A stretch of 64,000 nt of DNA from Felis catus (taxonomy: Eukaryota): assembly GCF_018350175.1 (NCBI RefSeq), contig NC_058373.1, positions 100,070,001 to 100,134,000 on the forward strand. The letters are read 5' to 3'. The position numbers and the translations under genes are program-made. The notes below the pieces were generated by a model. That model was not told the origin of the DNA. It made no database searches and saw nothing but the letters and a program-made list of their open reading frames with translations. Shown in pieces: positions 1 through 13,298 of the stretch (position 1 is the stretch's first letter; each line of letters starts with the position of its first letter).

Positions 1-2717
1 CATTTCTTTTGTTGTTGATTTTAGCCATTCTGACAGGTGTGAGGTGATATCTCATTGTGGTTTTGAATTGCACTTCCCTGATGATGAGCATCTTTTCTTG
101 TGTATGTTGGTCCTCTGTATGTCTTCTTTGGAGAAGTGTCTATTCATGTCTTCTGCCTGTTTTTTAATTGGATTACTTATTGGGGGGGGGATGAGTTGTA
201 TAAGTTCTTTATATATTTTGGATGCTAGTCCTTTATCAGATATGGCATTTGCAAATATCTTCTCCTATTCTGTAGGCTACATTTTAGTTTTGTTAACTGT
301 TGATTTCACTGTGCAGCAGCTTTTTATTTTGATATAATCCCAATAGTTTATTTCTGCCTTTGTTTCCCTTGCCTCAGAAGACATATCTAGAAAAAAGTCA
401 CCATGATTATGTCAAAAAAGTTACTGCCTGTGTTCTCTTCTATGATTTTTATGATTTTAGGTCTCATGTTTAGGTCTTTAATCCATTTTGAATTTATTCT
501 TGTGTATGGTGTAAGAAGTGGTCCAATTTCTTTCTTTCACATGTTGCTGACCAGTTTTCCCAACACCATTTGTTGAAAAGACTGCCTTTTTCCCACTGGA
601 TATTCTTTCCCACTTTGTTGAGATTATTTGGCCATAAAGTTGTGGGTTTGTTTCCAGATTTTCTATTCTATTCTATTGACCTATGTGTCTATTTTTGTGC
701 CAGTATCATACTGTTTTGATTACTAAAACTTTGTAGTATTACTGAAAGTCTGGAATTGTGATGCCTCTAGCTTTACTTTGCTTTTTCAAGATTTCTTTGG
801 CTATTCAAGGTCTTTTGTGGTTCCATACAAATTTTAGGATTGTTTTAGCTCTGTGAAAAATACTGGTGCTATTTCGATAGGGATTGCATTAAATGTGTAG
901 ATTGCTTGAGTAGTATAGATATTTTAATAATATTTGTTCTTCCAATCCATGAGCATGGAATGTCTTTCCATTTCTTTGTGTTCCATTTCTTTCAATTTCT
1001 TTCATCAGTGTTTTATAGTTTTAAGAATACAGGTTTTTCACCTCTCTGGTTATATTTATTCCTAGGTATCTTTTTTTTTTTTTTTTTTGGTCCAGTTGTT
1101 AATGGGCTTGTTTTTTTAATTTCTCTTCCTGCGGCTTCATTACTGGTGGTTAGAAATGCAAGAGATTTCTGTACATTGATTTTGTATCCTGTGACTTTAC
1201 TCAGTTCATTTATTGGTTCTAGCAGTTTTTTGGTGGAGTCTTCAGGTTTTCTATATAGAGCATCGTGTCATCTGCAAATCTTTTTTACTGATCGGAATGA
1301 CTTTTATTTCTTTTTCTTGTCTGATTGCTGTGGCTAGGACTTCCAGTACTATGTTGAGTAAAAGTGTTGAGAGTGAACATCCTTGTCTTTTTTCTGACCT
1401 TAGGGGAAAAGCTCTCAGTTTTTCCCCATAAAGGATGGTGTTAGCTGTGAGTTTTTCATATATGGCCTTTATTTTGTTGAGGTATGTTCCCTCTAAACCT
1501 AGTTTGTTGAGGGTTTTTATCATGAATGGGTGTCATACTTTGTCAAATGCTTTTTATATGTCTATCAAAATGATTATATGATTCTCATCCTTTCTCTCAT
1601 TGATGTGATATATCATGTTGATTCATTTGTGAATATTGAACCACTCTTGCAACACAGGAATAAATCTCACTTGATCATGGTGAATGATTTCTCTAATGTA
1701 TTGGTTTCAGTTTGCTAGTATTTGATTGAGGATTTTTGCATCTAAGTTCATCAGGGATATTGACATGTATTTCTCTTTTTTTGTGGTGTCTTTATGTAGT
1801 CTTGGTATCAGTGTATTACTGACTTCATAGAAAGAATTTGAAAGTTTTCCTTCCTTTTCTGTTTTTTTGGAATAGTTTGAGAAGAAGAGGTAGTATCTCT
1901 TCTTTAAATGTTTGGTAGAATTCCCTTGTGAAGCCATCTGGTTCTGGACTTTGGTTTGTTGGGATTTTTTTTTTTTTTTTTTTTTTAGTACCGATTCAAT
2001 ATCTTTGCTGATTACCTGTCTGTTCAAATTTTCTATTTTTTCCTGTTTCAGTTTGGTAGTTTATGTTTCTATGAATTTATCCATTTCTTCTAGGTTCTAG
2101 GTGTCCAATTTGTTGGCATCTAGTTTTTCATAATATTCTCATATAATCGTTTGTATTTCTTGGTGTTGGTTGTTATTTCTCCTCTCTCATTTGTAATCTT
2201 ATTTGTTTGAGTCCTTTCTTTTTTTCTTGATAAGTTTGGCTAGAGGTTTATTAATTTTTAAAAAATTTTTTTCAAAGAACCAGTACCTGGTTTCATTGAT
2301 CTGCTCTATTGTTTTTTTAAATTTCTATGTCATTTATTTTCTGCACTGATCTTTATTATTTCTTTCCTTCTGCTAGTTTTAGGTTATGTTTGTTGTTCTT
2401 TTTCTAGCTCCTTTAGGTGTAAGGTTAAGTTTTTCATTTGGGTTTTTTCTTGCTTCTTGAGGAAGGCTTATATTGTTATAAATTTCCCTCTTAGAATCAC
2501 TTTAACTGCATCCTGGAGGTTTTGGACCGTTGTGTTTTCATTTTTATTTGTTTCCATGTACTTTTTAAATTTCTTCCCTTATTTCCTGGTTGACCTCTTC
2601 ATTGTTTAGTAGCATGTTATTAACCTCAATGTATTTGTGGTCATTCTAGATTTTTTTTCTTGTGGTTGACTTCTACACAACCTTCTGACATAATGGTCAG
2701 AAAAGATGCATAGAATC

Positions 2718-2923
2718 TTTTTTTTTTAATGCTTATTTATTTTGGAGAGACAGAGAGACAAGAGTGCGAGCAGGGGAGGGGCAGAAAGGGGGAATCTGAA
2801 GCATCTGAAGCAGGCTCCATGCTGTCAGCACAGAGCCTCATGCAGGGCTCGAACTCACAAACTGTGAGATCGTGACCTGAGCTGAAGTTGAATGCTTAAC
2901 CGACTGAACCACCCAGGCACCCC
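2718..2923 (-). mobile_element. Can-SINE inserted in L1
   Basis: Reverse-complement SINE head (ccacccaggcacccc), (GA)n and T-tail; TSD tagaatcttttt at 2711 and 2924. Confidence 0.92.
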
Positions 2924-3540
2924 TAGAATCTTTTTGATAGATCATTCAATCTTCATCAATTTGTTGAAGCTTGTTTTGTAAGCTAATATGTGATTTGTTC
3001 TGGAGAATGTTCAATTTCTTTCATCAGTGTTTTATAGTTTTAAGAATATAGGTTTTTCACCTCTTTGGTTATATTTTTTTATTTAAAATTTTTATTTAAA
3101 ATTTATATAAAAATTTTATTAAAAAATGTAAAGAATGTGTGTTCTGGAGTTTTAGAATGGAATGTTGTGAATATATCTGTTAAATCCATCTGTTCCAATG
3201 CCATTCAAAGTCATTGTTTCCTTATTGATTTTGTTTAGATCATCTGTCCATTGATGTGAATGGGACGTTAATGTCCCCTACTATTATTGTTATTATCAGT
3301 TAGTTCCTTTATATTTGTTATTAACTGTTTTATGTATTTGGGTGTTTCTATGTTGGGTGCATAAATATTTACAATTGCCGTATCTTCTCGTTGGATTGTC
3401 ATCTTTATTATGGCATAGTGTCCTTTCTGTCTTGTTAAAGTCTTTGTTTTAAAGTCTAATTTGTCCGATGTAAGTATTAATATTCTGACTTTCTTTTGAC
3501 ATCCATTTGCATGTTAGATGTTTCTCAATCCACTCACTTT

Positions 3541-3625
3541 CTATTTATTTTTTAAGGTAAGCTCTACACCAAAAGTGGGGCTTGAACTCACGACCCTACG
3601 ATCAAAAATCCCAGTCAGATACCCT
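3541..3625 (-). mobile_element. short tRNA-derived Can-SINE fragment in L1
   Basis: gtggggcttgaactcacgaccct B-box-like motif with T-tail; flanked by ctcactttc repeats. Confidence 0.6.
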
Positions 3626-6600
3626 CACTTTCAATCTGTAGGTGTCGTTAGGTCTAAAAGGAGCTCTTGCAGGCAGCATATAGATGGATCTTGTTTTTTT
3701 AATTCATTCTGTCACCCTACACCCTATATCTTGATTGTAGCATTTAGTCTATTTATATACAAAGTATTTATCAATAGATATATATTTATTGCCATTTTAC
3801 TTCTTGTTTTGTGGTTGTTTCAGAAGATTTTCTCTGATCCTTTCTGGTCTTTCTCTCTTTCATGGTTTGCTGGTTTTCTTTAGTGATATATTTGTATTTC
3901 TTTCTCTTTATTCTTTGCATATTTATTAGTGAGTTTTGATATGTGGTTACCATTCAATTTGTGTATAAACTCTTCTGCATATAGCAGTCTATATTAAGTT
4001 GATGGTCATTTAAGTTTGAACCCATTCGTTACTTCTTTCCTCCCCATGTTTTAGGTATATGGTGTCATATTTTATATTCTTTTATTTTGTGACTTCCTTG
4101 GCTGATTTTTTACAGGAATAGTAATTTTTACTGCTTTTGTGTTTCCTACCTTTATAACTGTCACTTTGGTCTCTCCTTTCTACTCAGAGTCACCTTTAAT
4201 ATTTCTTGTAGAGCTGGTTTAGTGGTCATGAACTCCTTTGGTTTTTGTTTATCTAGGAAACTCTTTACCTCTCCTTCTATTCTGGATGGTAGCCTTGCTG
4301 GATAGAGTATTCTTGGCTGCAGATTTTTCCCATTCAACACCTTGTACATACCATGCCACTCCCGTCTGACTTAGAAAGTTTCTGCTGAAAAGTCCCCTCC
4401 CTTGTAAGTTACTGTCTTATTTTGTCTTGCTGCTTTTAGTTGTTTTTTTTTTGTTTTTGTTTTTGTTTTCTGTATCACTGTCTTTTACCAACTTAATTAC
4501 AATATGTTTTGGTGTGGATCTGCTTTTGTTGATTTTGATGGGAATGGATCTGCTTTTGTTAATTTCAGTGAGAGTTCTCTGTGCCTCCTGAATCTGGATA
4601 TCTGTTTCCTTCTCCAGATTACAGAGTTTTTCAGCTATTATTTCTTCAAATAAATTTTATGCCCCTTTTCTCTCTCTTCTTCTTCTGGGACTCCTACAAT
4701 ACAAATATCACATTTGATGAAGTCACTGAGTTCCGTAAGTCTATTCTAAATTTGCAATTTCTCTTTTCTCTTTTTTGTTCAGCTTGATTACTTTGCAATA
4801 CTCTGTCTTCTAAATCATTAATTCGTTCCTCTCATTCCTCCATCCTGTTCATTCTGTCAAATGTGTTTCTCATTTTGTTTATTGAACCTTGTATTTTTGC
4901 TATGTTGTTCCTTATTTCTGTGTTAAGTGTCTCACTTATATCTTTCACTCTTTTCTCATGTCCATTGAGTATCCTTATGATCATTGCTTTGAATTCTTTA
5001 TCAGGCATGTTACTTATATCTGTTTCACTTAGATCTCTTGATATGTCACTGTTCTGTTCTTTCATTCTTTCATTCAGGTTAAATTTCTCTGTTTCCTCAT
5101 TTTGTCTGCCTGAAAGAAGAAAGTAAAAAAAAAAAAAAAAGGTTTTAGTGTCATAAGAGAGAGACAAGAATTTATTGTATCCTGTGTATCCCAGAAAGAA
5201 TAGGCTGCTATAAAGAAAAATATGCTTTGAAGGTTAAAAAGAGAGAGAGAAAGTTCTTAAAAATGAAATGTAGGCATTGAGGGGTAATATCTAAAAAATG
5301 TCTGGCTATTCAATTTATAGCTAAAGCCTCATTTTTTATATGCAAGCAGTAGCAAAGGTAGGCTTGAAAATGGTGCACTACTCTTCATGGGAACTTAAGC
5401 AATTGAGATGGAAACTATGGATAACTGTGTCTGTGAAAGTAATTGCATCAATGCCAAGTTTTCCAATAAAGTTTCCACTTGAAAATTACAATGAAAATTT
5501 CATTTAAGTTTCTATTTGAAATCAACAAAAGTGAAAAAATCAACTTGGAAAAAAAATAAATTCTATAAAATGCATCCATTCTATAAGTATTTCATTCCCT
5601 AACATCTATATGCAACATGGGTCTACATGCAACAGAAAACAATAAATAATATATAGCTGTAGTGTCACTCTTTCTCAAATCTTGGGATACCTGTATGAAT
5701 TAAACTTACATTAGATAACATTCACAAATAAAATATATTTGTCATACTCTGATCTTTCTTCCCTTTACTTGAGGAGTTCAATAGGGAGACAAAATACGGA
5801 AGTTGACATTTTAAAATGGAAAAATTGTTTCAGATCACTTATAAATAGGTTGAATTTTTTTAATAAAATAAAGTGTGCTAAATGATAACAGTATTTTATA
5901 TATTAATTAATTCAAAAATTCTAAATCAACATTTTCTAAACAAGGGGCTACTACTTTGTGGGATAAAGATAGGTTATATGATGAAAAACATTTGATATCG
6001 ATCAAGCCATAGAATACTTTATACTTTTGTAGTAAAGAACAATATCCTTCTGTAAATGGCTCATTTATTCAGGTTTTTTTTTTGTTGTTGGTTTTTTGGG
6101 GGTTTTTTGGGTTTTTGTTTTGTTTTGTTTTGTTTTTTGGTATTAAGAAAGACCTGGAAAGATATGGCCCCTCTGACATAAATTGACATCAGCAAGTCAT
6201 TTAGTTGTGTTATTTACCATTCTAAACTTCAAAAAAATCTACATGTTTGTTATGTTTCATTAACTACCCTTTACTGTCTTAACAAATAATATGTAATTCC
6301 ATGACATTTTTTATATTACTAATTTTTGGTTTATTCAGGATCTTGTCCTATTAGCTATATTCTATAAAGTACATATTCTGTATTCTACTAATATCAGATC
6401 ATTGTTTTTAACCTTATTATACCCCAAATGTGATGTAAACCACTGGTTGTATTTATGACGCATTGTAATGTATTCTGCAAATCTGGGCTGATTTTTTAAA
6501 TTTTTAATTATTTAAAATTTTAATTTTAATTTTTTCCTGAATTTCATTTAATTTTTAAAAATTTTTTCCTTATTCTCCTCAACTACTTCTCACCCATTTT

Positions 6601-7896
6601 TTATCCCTGTACATGACCTGTAACCTTATTATATTTCCCACCTTGTCCCCATTCTCTTCTTCATTTGAAACTTTTAAGTACCTTCACTAAAATTTAGCTT
6701 TCTCCAGATGACACTTTGTGCCTTATAAACCATCCCCCCCAATCTCAATTTGTGGGAAGAGCAATCAGACTACTTTATGTTTCCCAATACTACTTACTGA
6801 TGTTATACCATCATCATCTCTGAAATCCATGCCATCTGATTAGGTCATCATTGGCTATAATAATAACTCGCACTTTCCTAGATGAATCAGCGCTTTCTTC
6901 TGCCCTGATCTGCTGTTGTATAGATCTTTTTCAAAGCCCACATTGATAATCCATCCAATGAGACTCAATTCAGTGGCTTCTCAGAGCTCTAAAATCCTAC
7001 CTTTCTATTTTAGCCACCCAAAAGCAAGGCCACACCTTGGGTCAACTCTTTAAAATGAAGCAATTCTTTCTAACTAGTGTCTTCTATCTCTTTTCCCTTA
7101 TACATCTTAAAATCATCCTTTTATCTGTTTCTCAACCTTATCCCAACTTTTAATCACTTTACTACTTCTGTTTTTCCTACTCCATTAGCCACCTTGTGAT
7201 CTCTTTTGCACTTAGAACCTACGATCAATCTAGTATTCCCCTTACTTGACTTCTTGCTGTGCCAACATAGTTCACTCACCCACTTTTTCTTTCTCTCTAA
7301 TAGTTTTGCATATTACAGTTTTAAATTATTACATGAAAAATGCATCCTCATTATTTAAACTTTTTGTAATGGCATCCATTTTCTTCTATTAGATTTTTTC
7401 GATTTTGAAATTAGGAAATCTTGCAATCTGTATCCACTGACAACTGCTTGACTTTACCTGGACCTCTCTGCTTCTCAATATATTCCTTTATAACCCTTCT
7501 ATTCATGTGTTCCAAATGTTTTCCATATTACCAGTGCTTAATTCTAACATCCCTTCCCAGGATATGACCTTGCCTCCTACTTTACTAGAAAAAAATAGAA
7601 TCCATCTGCCCAATTCTCTCAGCCATCTTCTCTAGATCAAAATGTTTGTATCCATGCACAGCTACATCCAAATTTCTTATTTTAACAGCTGGTTTATAGA
7701 TTATTTTAAATTTTCTGTGCAGACCTCCAGGTTTTTCTTCAACTATTTTTTTTCTAACCTCTTGACTCAAAAATATGTATTTTCCTTTTCAAGCTTCTTC
7801 TAGAGCCTTCTTTAATGATTGAACTCTCCCTTCCTCTCTCCTGCTCCCCATTTATCATTTCACCCTCTCAACTCTGTTTCTGACCAGCAGATTATT

Positions 7897-8411
7897 ACGT
7901 TAGAAACAATGAAAGGTCTGAGATTTTACCTTACTTGCAAGCTAACAGATTAATTTCCCACAGTTGTATGTACATATACTAACAGAAAACACAAGACCCA
8001 TGGGGTCATTATTCATTGAAAAAACAACCAAAGCAACGTCTTGCATCAGGTCCCTAGCCCCAGTTTCCATAAGGTTAATGGAGTGAGGGCCAGATGTTAC
8101 CTATGCCTGCAGCAGGGTTGTTACAGGGGAAGAACCCTGAAATAAGGAAGGGAGACAGACAGTCAGACCTTATCTTTACTCCGGAATGTAAGCCAGGAAG
8201 GATAGGGAGACTTTACTACCCCCTGAATGTCCCCACAGAGGGCGATGTTCTCTATCTTTATTCTATTATTTGGGAAACAAATCTTCCCTCTGGACTTAAG
8301 GTAGAGATAGTATCACTAGTATTCAAGGATGTTTGCTATGCAAAGCCCTTTGTACAGAAGACCTAGACCATGCATAAATATGCAGTATTCATTTAAAAAA
8401 ATGTTTCAACA
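7897..8411 (-). mobile_element. solo LTR, LTR40-like (ERVL)
   Basis: aggtctgagattttaccttacttgcaagctaaca and ttcaaggatgtttgctatgcaaa resemble the recalled LTR40 consensus. Confidence 0.55.
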
Positions 8412-9097
8412 CAGATTTTCCCAGATTTCTCTTATCTTCAAATATATCTCATAGAGTCTATACTCGCTATCTTTGTTGTCGTACCCTCTATTAACTCCAT
8501 GTACATTTGTTCTATTATTCCACTGAAAACTATTCTTTTCAAGGTACCAATGACATACTGGTAACCCAACCATATGACCTTTTCTTAGTCATTCTTGACT
8601 TTCTGCAGAATTTAACAAGGGCTATACTTGCTTCCTGTTACCTCTAAACTACTCTACTGTTTTCTATGACTAGTTTGATTCTTAGATCTGTCTCCTTTGC
8701 CCATCTGTCTTTTCTTCCCTCTTTGTTTTCATTCTATTAAATGTGAACATATCACAGGTTGTCTTCCCATTCTACACTGCTCTCAAATATCTTCTAGTCT
8801 TAGTTTCAGTTGTTACTTCTGTAGGTGGCTGTAATTTCCTTCCTATATTCCAAAACTCATCTGTCTTCTCAATATTTCTTCCTGTAATAAATTTTAAAAC
8901 TAAGAATCAATTCCACAACCCCACTTTTTAAAAATTGTTGTAAGTGGGGCCCTCATTCTATCAGTTCTTTATTATTTTTTTAAGAACAAATTTATTTCTA
9001 TACACAACAATCTTACATGCATTTCCAAAGAATTATGGTGAGTGAAAAAAATCCAATTCCAAAAGGTTACAGTGTATAATTTTGTTCATACAACATT

Positions 9098-10306
9098 CTT
9101 TTCTTTTTTCTCCAGTATAATTAATGTACAGTGTTACATTGGTTTCAGGTGTACAGTATAGTGATTAAACAATCTGTACATTAGTCAGTGCTCTTCACGA
9201 TAAGTGTACTTTTAATTCTCTTTATATATTTCACTCATCCCCCCAGTCACCTCCCCTTTGACAACCACCAATTTGTTCTCTATATTTTCTCTAAGAGTCT
9301 TTTTTTGTTTGTCTCTTTTTTCTTTGTTCATTTGTTTGTTTCTTAAATTCCACATATGAGTGAAATCATATGGTATTTGTCTTTCTCTGACTAACTTTTT
9401 TCACTTATTTCCATCTAGATCCATCCCTGTTGTTGCAAATGGCACGATTTCATTGTTTTCTATGGCTGAGTAATGTTTTATTGTATATATGTACCATATC
9501 TTCTTTATCCATTCATCTATCAATGAACACCTGGGCTGCTTCCATGTCTTGGCTATGCATGTATACATGCATGCATGTATCTTTTTGTATGAGTGTTTTC
9601 ATATTCTTTGGGCAAATACTGAGTACTAAAATTACTGGATCATATGGCAATTCTACTTTTAATTTTTGGAGGAAACTCCATACTGTTTTCCCCAGTGGTT
9701 GCATCAGTTTGCATTTCCACCAACAGTGCACAAAGGTTTTCTTTTTTTCCACATCCTCGCCAACACTTTTTTCTTTTTTTCTTTCTTTCTTTTTTTATTT
9801 TAGCCATTGTGACTGGTATGAGGTAGTATCTCATTGTGGTTTTGATTTGCATTTCTCTGATGATTAGTGCTGTTGAACATCTTTTCATGTATATGTTAGC
9901 CATCTGTATGTCTTTGGAGAAATGTCTGTTCATGTCTTCTGCCCATCTTTTAATTAGATTATTTTGGGTTTTTGTTTTGTTGTCGTTGTTGTTTTGTTTT
10001 TTGGGTTTTTTTGGTGTTGAGTTGCATAAGCTCTTCACATATTTTGGATATTAACCCCTTATCAGATATTTCATTTGCAAATATCTTTTTCCATCCAGTA
10101 GGTTGTCTTTTTTGTTTTGTTGATGGTTTCCTTGGCTGTGCAGAAACTTTTTATTTTGATGTGGTCCCAATAGTTTATTTTTGCTTTTATTTCCCTTACC
10201 TGAGGAGAAATATCTAGAAAAATGTTGCTATCACCAGTATCAGAAATTACTGCCTGTGCTCTCTTCTAGGATTTTTATGTTTTTAGTTCTCACATTAAGG
10301 TCTTTA
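9098..10306 (-). mobile_element. L1 3' portion (ORF2 C-terminus + 3' UTR), carnivore type
   Basis: Minus ORFs [31 protein letters not shown] and [20 protein letters not shown] are L1 ORF2 C-terminal motifs; T-rich tail near 9100. Confidence 0.92.
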
Positions 10307-10579
10307 GATTCATAACCTGAGAATGTGGTTGAGTAGACTCACTCAAGTTCAACAGTATTTTAACTAGAGTTCTTTATACCATTGTAATCCATTTTCTACA
10401 CTTCACCTAAGAAATCACTCAAACATAAATTCATATTATAGAGCTTGTGGGGGTTAAAGACAATTCTTTAGAATTTTTACACAAGGCCCCCATGATTGCC
10501 CTTCCAATTTCAATTTGTCCTGCATTTCACTTACCCACATCATAACAACATGCCAAAATACTTGCTTTCACTTAAATTC

Positions 10580-11060
10580 ACTATTCATTCATTCCAACAT
10601 TTTCTGAAAACCTACTATGAACCAAGCATTATGCTAGGCACTGGGGCTATAAATATGAGTAAATTATGTTCTCTCTTAAGAGGGAAATAAAAATGTAAAT
10701 AAATGCCATAAAGTATGATTAGTAAGACAAGGATACAAACTAGTTTCTCTCTTCCTAAGGCACTTAAGGTGACAATATAAAAGATGACTCTCAAGTAAAA
10801 TCTTGGAGGATGAGATGGAATGTGTTATATACCAAGAAAACTTATTTCAGGTAAAGTAAAAAGACATATGAATGCACAGAGATGTGAAACTGAATCCCTT
10901 ATTTTAAGAGCTGTAAATAATCCATAATGACCAGACCATAAGATTGAAGATGGGATAAAAGGATGCAGTGTTGAGAAGGTGGGGTGAGATGATGAAAGAC
11001 CTGTTATGTCAGAGGAGTGTGGGCTTTGTCCTGGAATAGTATGATCAGATTTACTTTTTA
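10580..11060 (-). mobile_element. L2 remnant
   Basis: ttcattcattccaacattttctgaaaacctactatg...ctaggcactgggg is a typical L2 3' end, followed by purine-rich L2 body. Confidence 0.6.
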
Positions 11061-11756
11061 AGAGGGAATTGTCCCATTATAGTAATAATTTATTCAGGCA
11101 ATAGGTGCCAAAACTCCTGGATGAAAGTTTGAAGAACAAAAGATATTTACATAGTCTATAAATATCTCTCTACATTGTACTCATTACAATGAGAAAAATG
11201 GTAACTTAGTGGAGAAATCTGGTGGTGTCTACCAGGTGGAGAACCCTGGTAGATACCACCTTAACCAATTGCTCAAAGTGAGCGTCATTGTAATGGGACA
11301 AATCAACATCTTGAGCCTCCTCTTATAATTCACTGAGAAGAAAACAGCACCATCACTTCTGTGGTATTCTTACCAAAATGCATTTCCTGAATCTAATTAT
11401 GAAGAAACAGATAAACCCAAACTGAGAAGCATACTGTAAAATCACTGAAAAGACAATAGGAAAAATAGGAAATTAAAGGAGTTTAAATGCACAGATTAAT
11501 GTATAATCCTGGAATTTTTTTCCATAAGTGGCATTATTGAAACAAATGGCAAAGTCTGAATAGGCCTGAAGATTAGATAATAGTATTATATAAATATTCA
11601 ATTGTATGATTTTTGTAATTATATTGTAGTTACGTAAAAGAATTTTATTTTTTAGGGAAGTATACATTGAAGTGCACATTTAGGGTTAAAGGGGCATCAC
11701 ATATACAATTTACTGTCAAATTATTTTTTTAAAATCATATTAAAACATGTTCATAT

Positions 11757-12206
11757 AGGGGCGCCTGGGTGGCTCAGTCATTTAAGCATCCGACTTCGGC
11801 TCAGGTCATGGTCTCATGGTTCATGAGTTCGAGCTCTGCATCAGGCTCTAGGCTGACAGCTCAGACCCTGGTGCCTGCTTCAGATTCCATGTCTCTCTCT
11901 CTCTCTCTGTGTGTCCCTCCCCTGCTGAGGCTCAGACTCTCTCTCTCTCAAAAATAAACATTAGGGGCGCCTGGGTAGCGCAGTCGGTTAAGCGTCCGAC
12001 TTCAGCCAGGTCACGATCTCGCGGTCCGTGAATTCGAGCCCCGCGTCGGGCTCTGGGCTGGTGGCTCAGAGCCTGGAGCCTGTTTCCGATTCTGTGTCTC
12101 CCTCTCTCTCTGCCCCTCGCCCGTTCATGCTCAGTCTCTCTCTGTCCCAAAAATAAATAAACGTTGAAAAAAAATTTAAAAAAAAATAAACATTAAAAAA
12201 ATTTTT
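11757..12206 (+). mobile_element. Can-SINE with a younger SINEC_Fc-type copy (11963-12185) in its A-tail
   Basis: Two ggggcgcctgggt heads; inner TSD aaaaataaacatta; outer TSD aaacatgttcatata. Confidence 0.93.
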
Positions 12207-12680
12207 TTAAACATGTTCATATATAGAACATACTATTTATAGCAGCATTATTCACAATATGCAAAAGGTGGAAGCTACTCAAGTGTTCATTGATGGATGA
12301 ATGGATGAACAAAATGTGGTATATACATACAAGAGAATCTTATTCAACCTTAAAGGAAAAGGAAATTGTGACACACTTTACAACATGAGTAAACCTTGAA
12401 GACATTATGCTAAAGTGATATAAGCCAATCACAAAACAACAAATGTTGTATTATTCCCCTTATACGAGGTTCCTAGAGCAGTCAAATTCGCAGAGACAGA
12501 AAATAGAATGGTGGTTGCCAGGTACTGGAGGAGGGAAAATGAGGAGTTGTTTTTTAATGAATATAAAATTTTAGTTTGGGAGGATGAAAAAGTTCTGGAG
12601 ATGGATGATGGCAATGGTTTGCACAGCAATGTGAATGTACTTAATGCAGTTGAACTGTACACTTAAAAATCAAATGGTGA

Positions 12681-13298
12681 TGGGAATGCAAGCTGGTGCA
12701 GCCACTCTGGAAAACAGTATGGAGGTTCCTCAAAAAACTAAAAATAGAACTACCCTACGACCCAGCAATTGCACTACTAGGCATTTATCCATGGGATACA
12801 GGTGTGCTATTTCGAAGGGACACATGCACCCCCATGTGTATAGCAGCACTATCAACAATAGCCAAAGTATGGAAAGAGCCTAAATGGATGAATGGATAAA
12901 GAAGATGTGGTATATATAGACAATGGAGTATTACTCGGCAATCAAAAAGAATGAAATCTTGCCATTTGCAACTACGTGGATGGACCTGGAGGGTATTATG
13001 CTAAGTGAAATTAGTCAGTCAGAGAAAGACGAATATCATATGACTTCACTCATATGAGGACTTTAAGAGACAGAACAGATGAACATAAGGGAAGGGAAAC
13101 AAAAATAATATAAAAACAGGGAGGGGGACAAAACAGAAAAGACTCATAAATATGGAGAACAAACTGAGGGTCACTGGAGGGGTTGTGGGAGGGGGGATGG
13201 GCTAAATGGGTAAAGGGCACTAAGGAATCTACTCCTGAAATCATTGTTGCACTATATGCTAACTAATTTGGATGTAAATTTTAAAAAATAAAAAAATA
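12681..13298 (+). mobile_element. young felid L1 (L1_Fc-like) 5'-truncated 3' end
   Basis: [35 protein letters not shown]1 3' UTR and poly(A); TSD aaaaatcaaatg(g/a)tga at 12665-12680 and 13299-13314. Confidence 0.93.

Larger units (their letters stand above)
1..5140 (-). mobile_element. LINE-1 (carnivore L1), degraded ORF2 + ORF1, 5'-truncated in the T-rich UTR, 3' end outside window
   Basis: Minus-strand ORF fragments resemble L1 ORF2 ([47 protein letters not shown]) and ORF1 (NLQPRILYPARL; MPDKEFKAMIIRIL); many stops and frameshifts. Confidence 0.95.

Noticed and set aside
4516..4560. Short tandem duplications (ggatctgcttttgtt here; gtgagtactaaatt x2 near 35132-35159)
   Set aside because: Two-copy slippage events, common and not CRISPR-like (no spacer array).
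5108..5140. Strong acceptor-like T-tract + CAG before L1 ORF1 on the - strand
   Set aside because: Best explained as the T-rich end of the carnivore L1 5' UTR; it is antisense to GPR137C.
44..5167. Hydrophobic + strand ORFs and RT-like - strand ORFs as genes
   Set aside because: Antisense or broken frames of a decayed L1; no intact ORF1 or ORF2.
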